This document shows, piece by piece, positions 42,345 through 52,100 of a stretch of DNA of 64,000 bases (positions within the stretch are counted from its first letter, which is position 1; each line of letters begins with the position of its first letter). Source of the DNA: an uncultured Acidobacteriota bacterium. Lineage in GTDB: Bacteria > Acidobacteriota > Thermoanaerobaculia > Multivoradales > JAGPDF01. The position numbers were made by a program, and so were the translations under genes. The stretch spans positions 272,937-336,936 of the forward strand of contig CAWAGZ010000004.1 in the NCBI GenBank assembly GCA_963781755.1, in the 5' to 3' direction. The notes under the pieces are model-generated. The model saw nothing but the letters and a program-made list of their open reading frames with translations. It had not been told where the DNA came from and ran no database searches.

Positions 42345-44144
42345 TCAGGGCGTGGTCGAGGACCAGTTCGCCGTGCTGCCGCGCTCGAAGCCGTCGTCGA
42401 AGATCAGCCGGCACGAGGCCGGGAGCGCCGTGTCGCCGGCGAGCTCGACGATCTGGGTGCGCCACGTGTTGGTCGCGGGCGCCAGCTCGGCGACCGACCA
42501 GAGCGTGTTGCACGTCCAGTCGTGGGCGACGCCCATGTAGTCGCCCCAGCGGTTGCGGCCCTGGTAGTAGACGTTGTAGGTGCCGCTGCCCCCGGCGGTG
42601 GCCCAGAACGGACCGCTGGTGTCGACGAGGAAGTTGGTGTAGAGCTTGAAGGCGGCCGAGGGGTAAGCGGTGTCCCCCGAGTAGGTCATCGGCACGCCGA
42701 CCATCGGGTTGTTGAACAGGTCGCTCCCGACCAGCCCGACCGCCGGGTAGTAGTAGTCGAGCCCGCCGGTGAAGTAGTTGATGGCCCGGTCCTGGACGTG
42801 GCTGTCGGTGTTGATCTTGCTGACGTAGAAGCCCGAGTTGCTGCTGTCGTTGGAGTTGACGCTGAAGTAGAGCTTGTGGTTGTCGTAGGCCGCGGTCAGG
42901 GCGCCGGCGTAGAAGGTCTCGATGTCGTCGAGGACCGTGCCGGGCTGGCGCGCCAGCGGCGGGCTCGCGTAGGCGTCGACGGTCACCGAATACGGGTCGA
43001 GGTGCGGCGCGTTGCCGCGGTCGCCGGTCATCTCCCACAGGCAGGCCTGGTTGCCGCTGGAGTTGAAAGTGTTGACGAAGTAGGTGGCGCCGATCGAGCT
43101 TCCCGTGTAAGGGACGGCCGGCTGGAGCTCACGGGCGAGCGGGTTGCCGGCATTGGGCCAGTGCAGGCCCCAGAAGATCCAGCCGGCGGTGCCGGTGTCG
43201 GTGAAGATCGTCGGCCGGACGCTGTAGACGATGGCGTGCTTGAAGCCGCCGGCCCAGTAGTACTCGTTGCCGGTGAAGTAGAAGCCGAAATCGTCGGCCG
43301 ACATCCCCGAGTAGTCGATCCACGTGTCGGTGTTGTACCCGTCGTAGAAGTAGTAGAGCGACCAGGCGCCGAGCGGGTTGTCGGTGTGCGAGATGGCGAC
43401 GAAGGCATAGCTCTTCTGGGCGTTCGAGTCGCTGGCCAGCGCCAGCAGGACGAACTTGTTGTGGAACGGGTCGTAGATCACGCGCGGATCGAAGACCTTG
43501 CCGTTGGCGAACGACCAGGGGGACGGCAGGTACGGCAGCAGCGGCGCGAACAGGCCGTTCTCGAGGTCGTTGTAGGAGCGCTCGAGGCCGCCGTCCTTGG
43601 TGTAGATCGTCAGCCCGGAGTTGACCGACTCGACGATGTACTTCGGTCCCACGGCGATCACCGGGTCGGGCGGGATCCAGCCGGTCGCGGACTGGCCGGC
43701 GAAGGAGCGCAGGATGTCGCCGGCCGCCTGGGGCGCGGCCGGAGCGTTCGGAGCGTTCGGGTCGTCTGGGTCGGCCAGCGGCGCCGGAACGGGCGCTTCG
43801 CTCTCGACCGCGTCGGAGCTGGCGAAGAAGTCGCCCAGGCCGCCGCCGAGCTCGCCCTCGTCGTCTTCGACGTCGTTGGAGGAGCCCTGGGCGTGACCGC
43901 GCAGGACGCCGGGGATCCGGTCGGGGTCGCCGCCGGGGACGTCCGAGAGCCGGACGACGACCGGGCCGATCATCTGGAGCGAGCCACCCGGAGCGGCCGA
44001 AGCCTCGCCGGTGGCGGCGGCGGGCGCCTCGCCGGGACGGGGCGTCTCCTGCGGGGGGCGCGGAGGGGTGGAGCCGAACGCCGGCGCCGCGAGGGCGCAG
44101 GCGAGGGCCAGCGGGAGCAGCTTCACGTGCTTTGCGGTGGTCAT
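42345..44144 (-). CDS. secreted hypothetical protein (signal peptide MTTAKHVKLLPLALACALAAPAFG) ending in the tail IFDDGFERGSTANWSSTTP
   Basis: About 600 aa from ATG 44144. The N-terminal 324 aa of ORF 42345..45119 are Arg-rich out-of-frame overlap with the next gene and are rejected. Confidence 0.7.
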   Translation of the reverse strand: MTTAKHVKLLPLALACALAAPAFGSTPPRPPQETPRPGEAPAAATGEASAAPGGSLQMIGPVVVRLSDVPGGDPDRIPGVLRGHAQGSSNDVEDDEGELGGGLGDFFASSDAVESEAPVPAPLADPDDPNAPNAPAAPQAAGDILRSFAGQSATGWIPPDPVIAVGPKYIVESVNSGLTIYTKDGGLERSYNDLENGLFAPLLPYLPSPWSFANGKVFDPRVIYDPFHNKFVLLALASDSNAQKSYAFVAISHTDNPLGAWSLYYFYDGYNTDTWIDYSGMSADDFGFYFTGNEYYWAGGFKHAIVYSVRPTIFTDTGTAGWIFWGLHWPNAGNPLARELQPAVPYTGSSIGATYFVNTFNSSGNQACLWEMTGDRGNAPHLDPYSVTVDAYASPPLARQPGTVLDDIETFYAGALTAAYDNHKLYFSVNSNDSSNSGFYVSKINTDSHVQDRAINYFTGGLDYYYPAVGLVGSDLFNNPMVGVPMTYSGDTAYPSAAFKLYTNFLVDTSGPFWATAGGSGTYNVYYQGRNRWGDYMGVAHDWTCNTLWSVAELAPATNTWRTQIVELAGDTALPASCRLIFDDGFERGSTANWSSTTP

Positions 44145-44146
44145 GG

Positions 44147-45058
44147 TCACTCTCCTGGAGTGGGATCGGGACATCTGTCGAGCCATGCGGAGGTCTGGAC
44201 GGTGAGCGGGTCGCGCGGGCGGCCGTCGTCGAGACGCGCGTCGGCCAGCGGCCGGAGCGAGATCGCCTCGGCGACGTCGAGGCCGGAGGCGACGCGGCCG
44301 ACGACCAGCCACTTGCCCAACCGGGTCGGATGGTCGGCGAGCAGGATCGAGAGCTCGAGCCGGGCGCGGGTCGGCGAAGCGGGGACGAGCGCGACGGCGC
44401 CGCGCAGCGGCGGCTGCGAGTCGAGCCCGGGGCGGAAGCGGTAGCCGAGTGCTTCGAGGATCTCCTGCCGGCTGGTGCCGACCAGGAACGACGGGTCGTA
44501 GTCCTTCTCGAAGCGCTCGCGCCAGGCGGCGAGCCGGGGCGTCGCCGGCTCCTCGGCCTCCCCGTGGTCGTTGTCTTCGGCACGCAGGTCCCCGGACTGC
44601 TGCCCGGGGCTCTCGCGCTCGGTCTCGGGTGCGGTTTCGACTTCGGGTTTGCGGCGCGTGGCGGCGCGCTGGGCGGCGGGGAGGAGCTCGAACTGCAGGA
44701 CGTTCATCGCCTCGCCGGCGTCGGCGATCCGGCTCCGGTCGAGACCGAGCGCGGCGGCGTCGTTGACCAGCTCGACGGTCGAGGAGGCGTCCGCCGGCCG
44801 CGGCTCGAGGCGCAGCTCGAGGTGCGGCCGCTCGAAGTCGAAAGCCAGTCCGGCGAAGCTCGATCCGTCGCCCTGCTCGAGCGCCGCGATGGCCTCGGGT
44901 GACGCCGCGCGGTCGAAGCGCAGGACGATCGCCCCGGCGGTGGTCTCCAACCGCAGGCAGGGGTCGGGCGCCACGGCGGCGGGTTGCCGCCCGGCGCGCG
45001 CCGAGGCGCAGCCCGCGAGCAAGATCGCGCTCCACACCATCAGGATTCGTCGGTCCAT
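44147..45058 (-). CDS. putative lipoprotein with a cyclophilin-like (peptidyl-prolyl isomerase-like) C-terminal segment
   Basis: Signal peptide and lipobox (ILLAGCASA) are present. The C-terminal GKWLVVGRVASGLDVAEAI resembles the cyclophilin FGKV..GMDVV motif. It lies immediately upstream of, and co-directional with, the tagged secreted protein gene. Confidence 0.5.
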   Translation of the reverse strand: MDRRILMVWSAILLAGCASARAGRQPAAVAPDPCLRLETTAGAIVLRFDRAASPEAIAALEQGDGSSFAGLAFDFERPHLELRLEPRPADASSTVELVNDAAALGLDRSRIADAGEAMNVLQFELLPAAQRAATRRKPEVETAPETERESPGQQSGDLRAEDNDHGEAEEPATPRLAAWRERFEKDYDPSFLVGTSRQEILEALGYRFRPGLDSQPPLRGAVALVPASPTRARLELSILLADHPTRLGKWLVVGRVASGLDVAEAISLRPLADARLDDGRPRDPLTVQTSAWLDRCPDPTPGE

Positions 45059-45148
45059 TCGCACTCTCCACTTCCTGCCAGTCACCTAGGAGACGGGAAC
45101 CGCGGGGAAAAGCGGACACGGGGCGGCGAAGGTGGCGCCGAGGCTCAG

Positions 45149-45625
45149 GTGACAGTTACGCCACATCTCCGATGTGGCGTAACTGTCACCTCTCGAGCGC
45201 GACGCAGGCCCTGCCTCGGCGAGCGTGTGCCGGTGCGCACCGAAGGCGTCTCCAGGGGACACCCAGCAAGCCAGGGTGTCCCCTCGGGGAATCTCCCGCC
45301 TCGCCGGTCAGCGAACTCCAGGTCTGTCATCGGGAGGGGCGGCCTGGAAAAGGGGGACAGGCACCCATTTCCCACGGTTCAAGAATCTCGGCTGGGAGCG
45401 CTGCCGGGACTCGGAAATTGGTGCCTGTCCCCATTTTTCGGTCCTTCGTTCGATTGGATTGCGCGGCGCTCGGAGGCCAGGCCTCCACGTTGGCTGGCTC
45501 CTCCCGACGACAGACCTCGGCTTGGCGCACCGGCGAGGCGGGAGATTCCCCCAGGGGACATGCAGGCTTGCTGCGTGTCCCCTCATGACGCCTTCGTCCC
45601 GCCGCGGCACCCGCCGGCTCGCGCC
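45149..45625. repeat. composite structured repeat: palindrome P2 (45149-45189), H module (45215-45345) and an inverted H module (about 45470-45625)
   Basis: P2 has a perfect 19-bp inverted repeat, GTGACAGTTACGCCACATC-TCCG-GATGTGGCGTAACTGTCAC. H2 and H4 are mutually inverted copies, each containing the GGGGACAY.C...G.RTGTCCCC hairpin. Confidence 0.8.
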
Positions 45626-45645
45626 ACGGCTAGAATCGAGCTTCC

Positions 45646-46122
45646 TTGGCCGCAGAGACCCTTGCGCCTTCGGCGCCCGCGCCCGGTCTCCGGACTTCCG
45701 TGGCCGCGCTCGCGGCACTGGCCCGGGAATCGCCGATCGAGGTCGTGGTGACCACCGGCTCGATGGCGCCGGCGATCGCCGCCGGCGCGCGGGTCGAGGT
45801 CGCGGGGCAGCGGCGCTACCGGCGCGGAGACGTCGTCGTCTTCGCCAACTCGGCCGGGGATCTGGTCGTCCACCGGCTGCTCGGCCGCCGGCGCGTCCGG
45901 GGCTCGGTCCACCTGGTCACCCGCGGCGACGCCGCGCCGCGCGCCGACGGGCTGGTGCCGCCCGAGCGCGTCGTCGGCCGCGTCGTGGGCGGGGAGTGCG
46001 CGCCGCGGGTCGCCGACGTGCCGGCCGGCGACCGGCTGCGCGCCGCCGGGCGATTCCTCGGCTACCTGGCCGGTCGCGTGCGCGCGCGCGTCGCCGACCG
46101 GCGCGAACCGGGAGAGACGTGA
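45646..46122 (+). CDS. S26/S24-family (signal peptidase I / LexA-like) serine peptidase-like protein
   Basis: VVVTTGSMAPAIAAGARVEV matches the SGSMxP(T/A) Ser-nucleophile motif of signal peptidase I-type peptidases. It is the first gene of the operon, and the 4-bp overlap with the next gene implies translational coupling. Confidence 0.6.
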   Translation: MAAETLAPSAPAPGLRTSVAALAALARESPIEVVVTTGSMAPAIAAGARVEVAGQRRYRRGDVVVFANSAGDLVVHRLLGRRRVRGSVHLVTRGDAAPRADGLVPPERVVGRVVGGECAPRVADVPAGDRLRAAGRFLGYLAGRVRARVADRREPGET

Positions 46123-47087
46123 CCTTCGCCGCGGCGTTCCTGCGCGAGCCGGACCTGTTCCCGGCGCGCCCGGCGGGGGAGCCCTGGGGCACGGCGAGCC
46201 TGGCCGTGGACGCGATCGCCGGGCCGTACCTCTTCCTCGGGCTCTCGGAGGCGCAGCGCGAAGTGCTCGCGGCGCACTTCGGCGCGCGCGTCGTTGTCGG
46301 AGACCCGCCCGGGGACGCGACGCCGATCGTCGCCTTCCGGGTCGCCGCGGAGGAGCTGGTGCCGATCGTCGAGGAGCCGTGGGAGCTCCAGATGGACCTC
46401 GAACCGGCGCCGACCTGCGTGCGCTGGGCGACGCGGCGCTCCTTCGGCCGTCTCGACTGGCGCCCCGAGATCGCCGCCGCGCTCTGGCTGCCGGAGCCGG
46501 AGACCGGGACGCCGGACGCCCGCGCCGCCGAGGAGTGGATCGGGACCTTCGGCAACGCGCTGCGCATCGCCATGGCCCACCGCCTGCTCGCCGCCGGCGG
46601 CGTCCTGCTGCACAGCGCCGGGGTCGCCCGCGAGGGGCGCGGCTACGTCTTCTTCGGCCGCTCGGGGGCGGGCAAGTCCACGCTCGCGCGCCTGTCGCAC
46701 GAAGCCGGCCTCGAGGTGCTCTCCGACGAGCTCAACGCTCTCTACGAGCGCGACGGCGCGCCGGTCGTCGAGCGCCTCCCGTTCGCCGGCGACTTCGGCC
46801 GCGACCGGGAGAGCGTGGGCCTGCCCGGCGACGCCGCCGGACGGCGCGTCTTCCCGCTCGCGGCGCTGCTCGCGCTCGCCCAGGGCCGGCCGCCGCGCCG
46901 CGAGGCGCTGCCCCGTGGCCGGGCGGTGGCCGAGCTGGCGGCGTGCGCGCCGTTCGTCAACGTCGATCCGCACCGCTCGCCGCGCCTGCTCGAGACGCTC
47001 GAGCGGCTGACCGCGCGCTTCCCGGTCGAGCGCCTGACGTTCGATCTCGACGCCGGCTTCTGGAGTATCCTGACCGCGAACCGATGA
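46119..47087 (+). CDS. HprK-related kinase (P-loop; HprK-related kinase A/B family)
   Basis: GTG 46119 overlaps the upstream stop. The Walker A motif GRSGAGKST lies in an HPr-kinase C-terminal-like fold context (LLHSAGVAREGRGYVFFGRSGAGKSTLA). Confidence 0.7.
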   Translation: MTFAAAFLREPDLFPARPAGEPWGTASLAVDAIAGPYLFLGLSEAQREVLAAHFGARVVVGDPPGDATPIVAFRVAAEELVPIVEEPWELQMDLEPAPTCVRWATRRSFGRLDWRPEIAAALWLPEPETGTPDARAAEEWIGTFGNALRIAMAHRLLAAGGVLLHSAGVAREGRGYVFFGRSGAGKSTLARLSHEAGLEVLSDELNALYERDGAPVVERLPFAGDFGRDRESVGLPGDAAGRRVFPLAALLALAQGRPPRREALPRGRAVAELAACAPFVNVDPHRSPRLLETLERLTARFPVERLTFDLDAGFWSILTANR

Positions 47088-47111
47088 GAGCTGTCCGATG
47101 AGAGTCCGGCG

Positions 47112-47432
47112 ATGACCCCGGCGCCGTCCGGGAGCCCCCGATACCGCCGTGTCGCCGACGTGCGCTACCGCGTCCTCGACGGCGAGGCGGTGGTGCTGCG
47201 CCAGCGCGCGGCCGAGGTGCTGGGCCTGAACCGCGTCGGCTCGCGGGTGCTCGAGCTGGTGGACGGCGAGACCGGCGAACCGGAGCTGCTCGACCGGCTG
47301 GCCGACGAGTTCGAGGTCGAGCGGGCGACGCTCGAGGCGGACGTCCGCGCTTTTCTCGACGAGCTGGTCGCCGCGGGCGTGCTCGAGCGGCTGCCCGCGG
47401 CCCCGGGGGAGAGCGCGGAGACGGAGCGATGA
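47112..47432 (+). CDS. PqqD-family peptide chaperone (RiPP recognition element)
   Basis: A 106-aa protein (VLDGEAVVL...LNRVGSRVLELVDGETGEPELLDRLADEFEVERATLEADVRAFLDELVAAGVL) typical of PqqD/RRE proteins. Confidence 0.75.
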   Translation: MTPAPSGSPRYRRVADVRYRVLDGEAVVLRQRAAEVLGLNRVGSRVLELVDGETGEPELLDRLADEFEVERATLEADVRAFLDELVAAGVLERLPAAPGESAETER

Positions 47433-48548
47433 GCGCCGGCGGCGGCGAGGGCGCGGCGAGCTACGGCGAGAAGCTGGCGACCTTCTGGCGCGACAACCGG
47501 CTGTTCACGGTTCTGTTCGAGCTGACCTACCGCTGCAACCTCGACTGCTCGTTCTGCTACAACGACCTCGGCCTGGCCGGCCGGCCGCTGACGCTGGCGC
47601 GCTACCGCGAGGTGCTCGACGAGCTGGCCGTCCTGGGCACGATGCACCTGGCCCTGTCGGGCGGCGAGCCGCTGGCGCACCCGGACTTCTTCGCCATCGG
47701 ATCGCACGCCCGCGAGCGCGGCTTCGTGGTCCGGATCAAGTCGAACGGCCATGCCCTGCGCGGCGCCCTGGCGCGCCGGTTGCGCGACGAGGTCGACCCC
47801 TACCTGATCGAGATCAGCATCCACGGCGCGCACGCGGCGACCCACGACCGCCAGACCCGGGTGCCCGGGAGCTTCGAGCGTCTGCTGGCCAACCTCGAGG
47901 AGCTCAATGCGCTCGGGATCCGGGTGCAGCTCAACTCGACATTGACCGCTTGGAACGAGGCCGAGATCGGGGAGCTCTTCGCCCTGACCGACCGTCTGGG
48001 GCTGCCGCTCCAGGTGGACCCGGAGGTCACCCCGCGCGACGACGGCGACCGCACGCCGCTCGACATCGCTGCCCTCGCGCGCGGGCATCCGCCGGCTGTT
48101 CGAGCTGCAGCGCGAGCGCGTGGCGCGGGCTGCGGCCGAGGGCGCGCCGCCGCCGCCGCCGGTGGGCAAGCAGGCCGACTCCGCCGGCACGCCGGTTTCG
48201 GCGGGCAAGTACTGCGGCGCGGGCTCCTCGCACCTGACGGTGGATCCCTACGGCAACGTCTACCCGTGCGTCCAGTGGCGCCGGCCGGTGGGCAACCTCC
48301 ACGAGACGACCGTCGCCGAGATCTGGTCGTCGTCGCGCGGCCTCGCCGAGGTGCGCGCGGTCGAGGGGGAGGTCCTGGCGAACGTCGAGGCGCTGGGGCC
48401 GGACGGACGCGACCTCGGCCTCTGCCCGGGGCTGGCCGAGCAGCTCACCGGGCACGCGGCGCGCATCTACCCGGCGGCGGCGGAGCGGCTCGAGCTACGG
48501 CGCGACGTGGCGCGCGCGGGGCACGCCAAGCTGCCGATCGTGCGCTGA
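47429..48548 (+). CDS. radical SAM / SPASM-domain peptide-modifying enzyme, interrupted by a +1 frameshift near 48083
   Basis: The radical SAM core is in frame 2 (CNLDCSFCYN, GGEPL). The SPASM domain is in frame 0 (CGAGSSHLTVDPYGNVYPC) and ends at 48548. Removing one G from the GGG at about 48083 gives a continuous 373-aa protein. ATG 47429 overlaps the PqqD stop. Confidence 0.75.
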
Positions 48549-48556
48549 GGGCGAAG

Positions 48557-48595
48557 GTGACAGTTACGTCACAGACATAACTGTCACCTTTTTCG
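48557..48595 (+). terminator. intrinsic terminator formed by palindrome P3 plus a T-run
   Basis: GTGACAGTTACGTCACAGACATAACTGTCAC is followed by CTTTTTC, 9 bp after the radical SAM stop. Confidence 0.5.
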
Positions 48596-48725
48596 GGCCA
48601 CCAACGCCGGGTGCCGGTGCGAACCGAAGGCGTCTCCAGGGGACACGCAGCAAGCCAGCATGTCCCCTCGGGGAATCTCGCGCCTCGCCAGTCCGCGGAG
48701 CCGCGCTCTTTCACCGGCAGGCGAG
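48557..48725. repeat. composite structured repeat: palindrome P3 plus H module H3
   Basis: H3 (48600-48725) carries the hairpin GGGGACACGC-AGCAAGCCA-GCATGTCCCC and a conserved tail (CGGGGAATCTCGCGCCTCGCCAGTC). Confidence 0.8.
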
Positions 48726-49101
48726 GCGGGCGCCCTGCCGCTTTCCACTTCTCTTGCTGCTCTGGTCTTCTTCTGGAAAGGGAGTACCCGGTGGGCACCC
48801 GCCGGCGAAGCCAGGCGGCGCCCTTCGGCGGGTTGGTGGGGGTGGGAGGGTGGGCTGCAGGGCGCCGGGACCCGGGCCGCAGCGATCTACGAAGACACCA
48901 CCAGATTACAACCGCCCCCCTGGCCGAAGGCTTTTCCCGGGGAGCACAACGCCGCAACGGCTTCGAGCTTCTCGCGGTAGACGATGCGGGGCGCTTGGTA
49001 GCGGCCCCGCTCCGGTCTTCCCGGCTCGGTGCTCGCGTCGGCTTCGGTCTCGGGTCGGCGGTCGGTCATCGAGTCAGTCACCATTCGAAGGATGCATCAC
49101 G

Positions 49102-52100
49102 TCAGTTCTCGTCGCCCGAGGGGGACGGAGGCACGTCGATCACGGGCGCCGGGACGAGCGTCGCCGGATCGCCCAGCAGGACATAGAGACGGGCGAGCCC
49201 GGGGTCGCCGCCCTTCTCGAGGTAGCGCGCGACGGCCGCGTGCAGCACGTCGCCCAGGCGCAGGTCGGGTTCGTGGAACGCGGCGTCGGCGAGCGCGATC
49301 CCGAGCTCGCGCGCATCGCCCCGCTCCGACTTGCCGGCCGGCGCCCAGACCGCGATCGCGCCGCCGGCCGGCGAGCGCACCAGCTCGGTGCCCAGGGTCC
49401 GGAACTCGTGCAGCTCGAAGCGGTTGACCAGGCAGGTCATCGCGGTGACCACCGGCGTGCGTCCGAGGTTGGTCATCTGATCGACGTCGTCCAGGTTCAG
49501 GAGCGAAGGCGAGGCCAGGTTCTGCACGCCGCCGTGCCCGAAGTAGTCGAGCCAGCCGATGCCGGCCGCGAAGTCGCCCAGCAGGCGCGCGTGCGCGGCC
49601 TCGTTGCCCAGCGCCGAGACCGAGATCGAGTCCACGTTCATCGCCGGGGCGATGTGCGGCGCGACGCTCTGGGCGTCGAGCTCGAAGTCGTCGCCCTCGT
49701 CCGGCGCGGCGGCGACCAGCGCCGCCCGTCCGGCCCAGTCGCCTGCGCCGCCGCCCTCGTAGAGGTCGAGCTTGTGGACGAAGGCGGCGACGTCCGCCGG
49801 GACCAGCGCCGGCACGCGGCCGACCTCGATCTCGGGCAGGCCGTCGCCGTCCACGTCGCCGTAGCCGGCGTCGGCGGCGACCAGGCCGCCGGTGCCGACG
49901 TCGGTCGCGACCATCAGCGGCGGCACGAGGTCGCCGCCGTAGCCGAGGCGGTCGCGCAGGTCGTAGTTGCCGTCGCCGACCAGGACCGCGTAGCGCGGCC
50001 GCACCTGCCAGTGATTCCAGGCCCAGGCGAGGAAGCGGGAGATCGCGCGCGGGCCGTGGATGCCGGAGTCGAACTCGTCCTCGACGTCCTCGAGCCGGGC
50101 CACCATCACGCTCAGCCCCTGGCCGGCGCGGCGCGCCGCCAGGGCCCGCGCGGCGGGCACCAGGAAGTCGGGCGCGACGACGACGTACTCGGCGCCGGCC
50201 GAGGCCCGCAGCGCGCTCGGGCGGTCCGCTTCGACCGCGAGCGGTGCGCGGGCCGCGGCGGGCGAGACCGCCAGGTAGTCGCGGGCGCCACCCTTCTCGG
50301 CGAAGCCGAGATTCCAGCCGCCGCTCCCGGGCTCGAGCGCCGCGCCCACGAGGCGCACGGGCCGGTCGGGATCCGAGACGTCGAGCAGCAGGACGTCGGG
50401 ACGGCTGAACCCGGTCACGGCGGTGGCGCCGGAGTCGCGGAACGCGAGCCGGTCGTCGAGCGCGTGGTGGCTGCGCGTGTATTCGAGCGCGAAGCCGTCC
50501 ACCATGACGGTGCTGTTGGGGGCGCCGCCGCCCGGCCGCGCGTGCAGCGTGACCTGGTTGCCCGCGGGCAGGATCCGGGCCGGGTCGATCGGGTAGCGGA
50601 CGACCTGCGGAGCGAACCCGGTCCAGTTCGTGGTGCCCAGCGGCAGGCCGTTGAAGTCCACCTCGACCTCGTGCTCGTCGTCGATCCCGAGCGAGGTGTC
50701 GCCGAACAGGCGGACCTCGAGCACGGCCCCGCCTTCGCCGGTCGGGTCGGGGGCTTCGACCGGATAGTCGCGCGTCGTCGGGTGCGCGACGTCGGTCCCG
50801 AGCTGGTCCTGGAACCAGAAGTCGGAGGCCGGGTCGAAGGGCAGGGCGACGATCGAGATCAGGTCGCGCTCGGTCTCGACCCGGTCGGGAGCGGCTCCGG
50901 CGGGCGCGGTCGGCGCGACGGAGACCCCGCGCGACGGCATCGTCGCGCCGGAGCCGAGCGTCAGGCGATAGACGCTGTCGGCCTCGAGCTCGTCGGCGGG
51001 CGGGCGGCCGTAGAAGAGGAGCGCCGAGCCGTCGTCGGCGGCCAGCCACGGCGCCTTGGCGCCGCGGTGGGTGAGCAGGAAGCCGCCGCCGCGCAGGCGG
51101 TCGCGGACCGCGGACTCGGGTACGCCGAAGCGCGCGGCCAGGTCGGAGGCGTCGACCCGGTAGAGGCCGGCGTCGAGCAGGTGCAGCTTCAGCGCGCGCA
51201 CCGGGGTCGGAGCCGGCCCTGCCAGGGGTCCGCGCTGCGCGGCGAGCCGCGAGCGGCGCAGACGCGCCAGTTGGACCGGATCGGGACCGATCGCTCGGCG
51301 CGAGAAGGCGAGCGAGGCGTCGAAGCCGGCGGCGAGGTCGAGCTTCGCCGCGCCCTTCGGCGTCTCGGCGGCGGGCCGGAAGGGGCCGTAGCGGCGAACC
51401 TGCCCGTCGATCTCGACCTCCACCAGGGCGTAGATCGGGTCGGCGCCCGCGCCGGCGTCGACCGTGCGGTAGACCGCGCCCGCGGGGGCGGGAGAGTCCG
51501 CGAGGATCATCCCGGGCTGCACCAGTTCCCAGTCGCGGGAGTCGCGGTTCCAACGGTAGAGGTAGTAGCCCGCGGTCCGGTCCTCGGTCGCGGTGCGCCA
51601 CTCGACGGCGCCGCCGTGCCGCATCGGCGCGGCCGCGAACGAGGTCACCAGCGTGTACGTGGGCTGACCCGAGGTCACCGCCAGCTCGCAGATCGGGCCC
51701 AGGGTCGAGAGCGCTCGCGCCTGCGAGGCGTTGCCGGTGGCGTCTACAAAGCGGGCGCGGGTGCCCTGGGCGGCGGCGAAGTTGCTGTCGATGTTGGCGG
51801 TCCCTGTCGTGCGGATACGCACGCCCGAAAGGTTCGGGGTGACCCGGACGTCGTAGGCGAGGATGCAGGTCGTGCCGGCAGCGACCGAGCCCGGATTCCA
51901 GATCACGCTGCCCGCGGTCGCGCCGTCGGCCGGCTGCGAGGCGACGCTGCCGCAGCTCGCCTGGGCGCTCGACCCGGAGTACGCGACCCGGGCGTCGCCC
52001 GGCAGGTCGGCGACGACGACGTTGCCCGCGGTGGTCGTGCCCGAGAAGGTGATCGGGAACGGCGTCGGGTTGGTCACCCGCACGGTCACCGTCACCGTCG

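Noticed and set aside
45225-47087. 620-aa plus-strand ORF treated as a single gene
   Set aside because: Its first roughly 300 codons run through the repeat modules and the peptidase gene in another frame and are Arg/Gly/Pro-rich. Only the region from GTG 46119 (the HprK-related kinase) is coding in this frame.
48887-49084. 65-aa minus-strand small ORF just downstream of the giant gene
   Set aside because: There is no RBS or recognisable domain, and the ORF is short in a high-GC context where such ORFs arise by chance.
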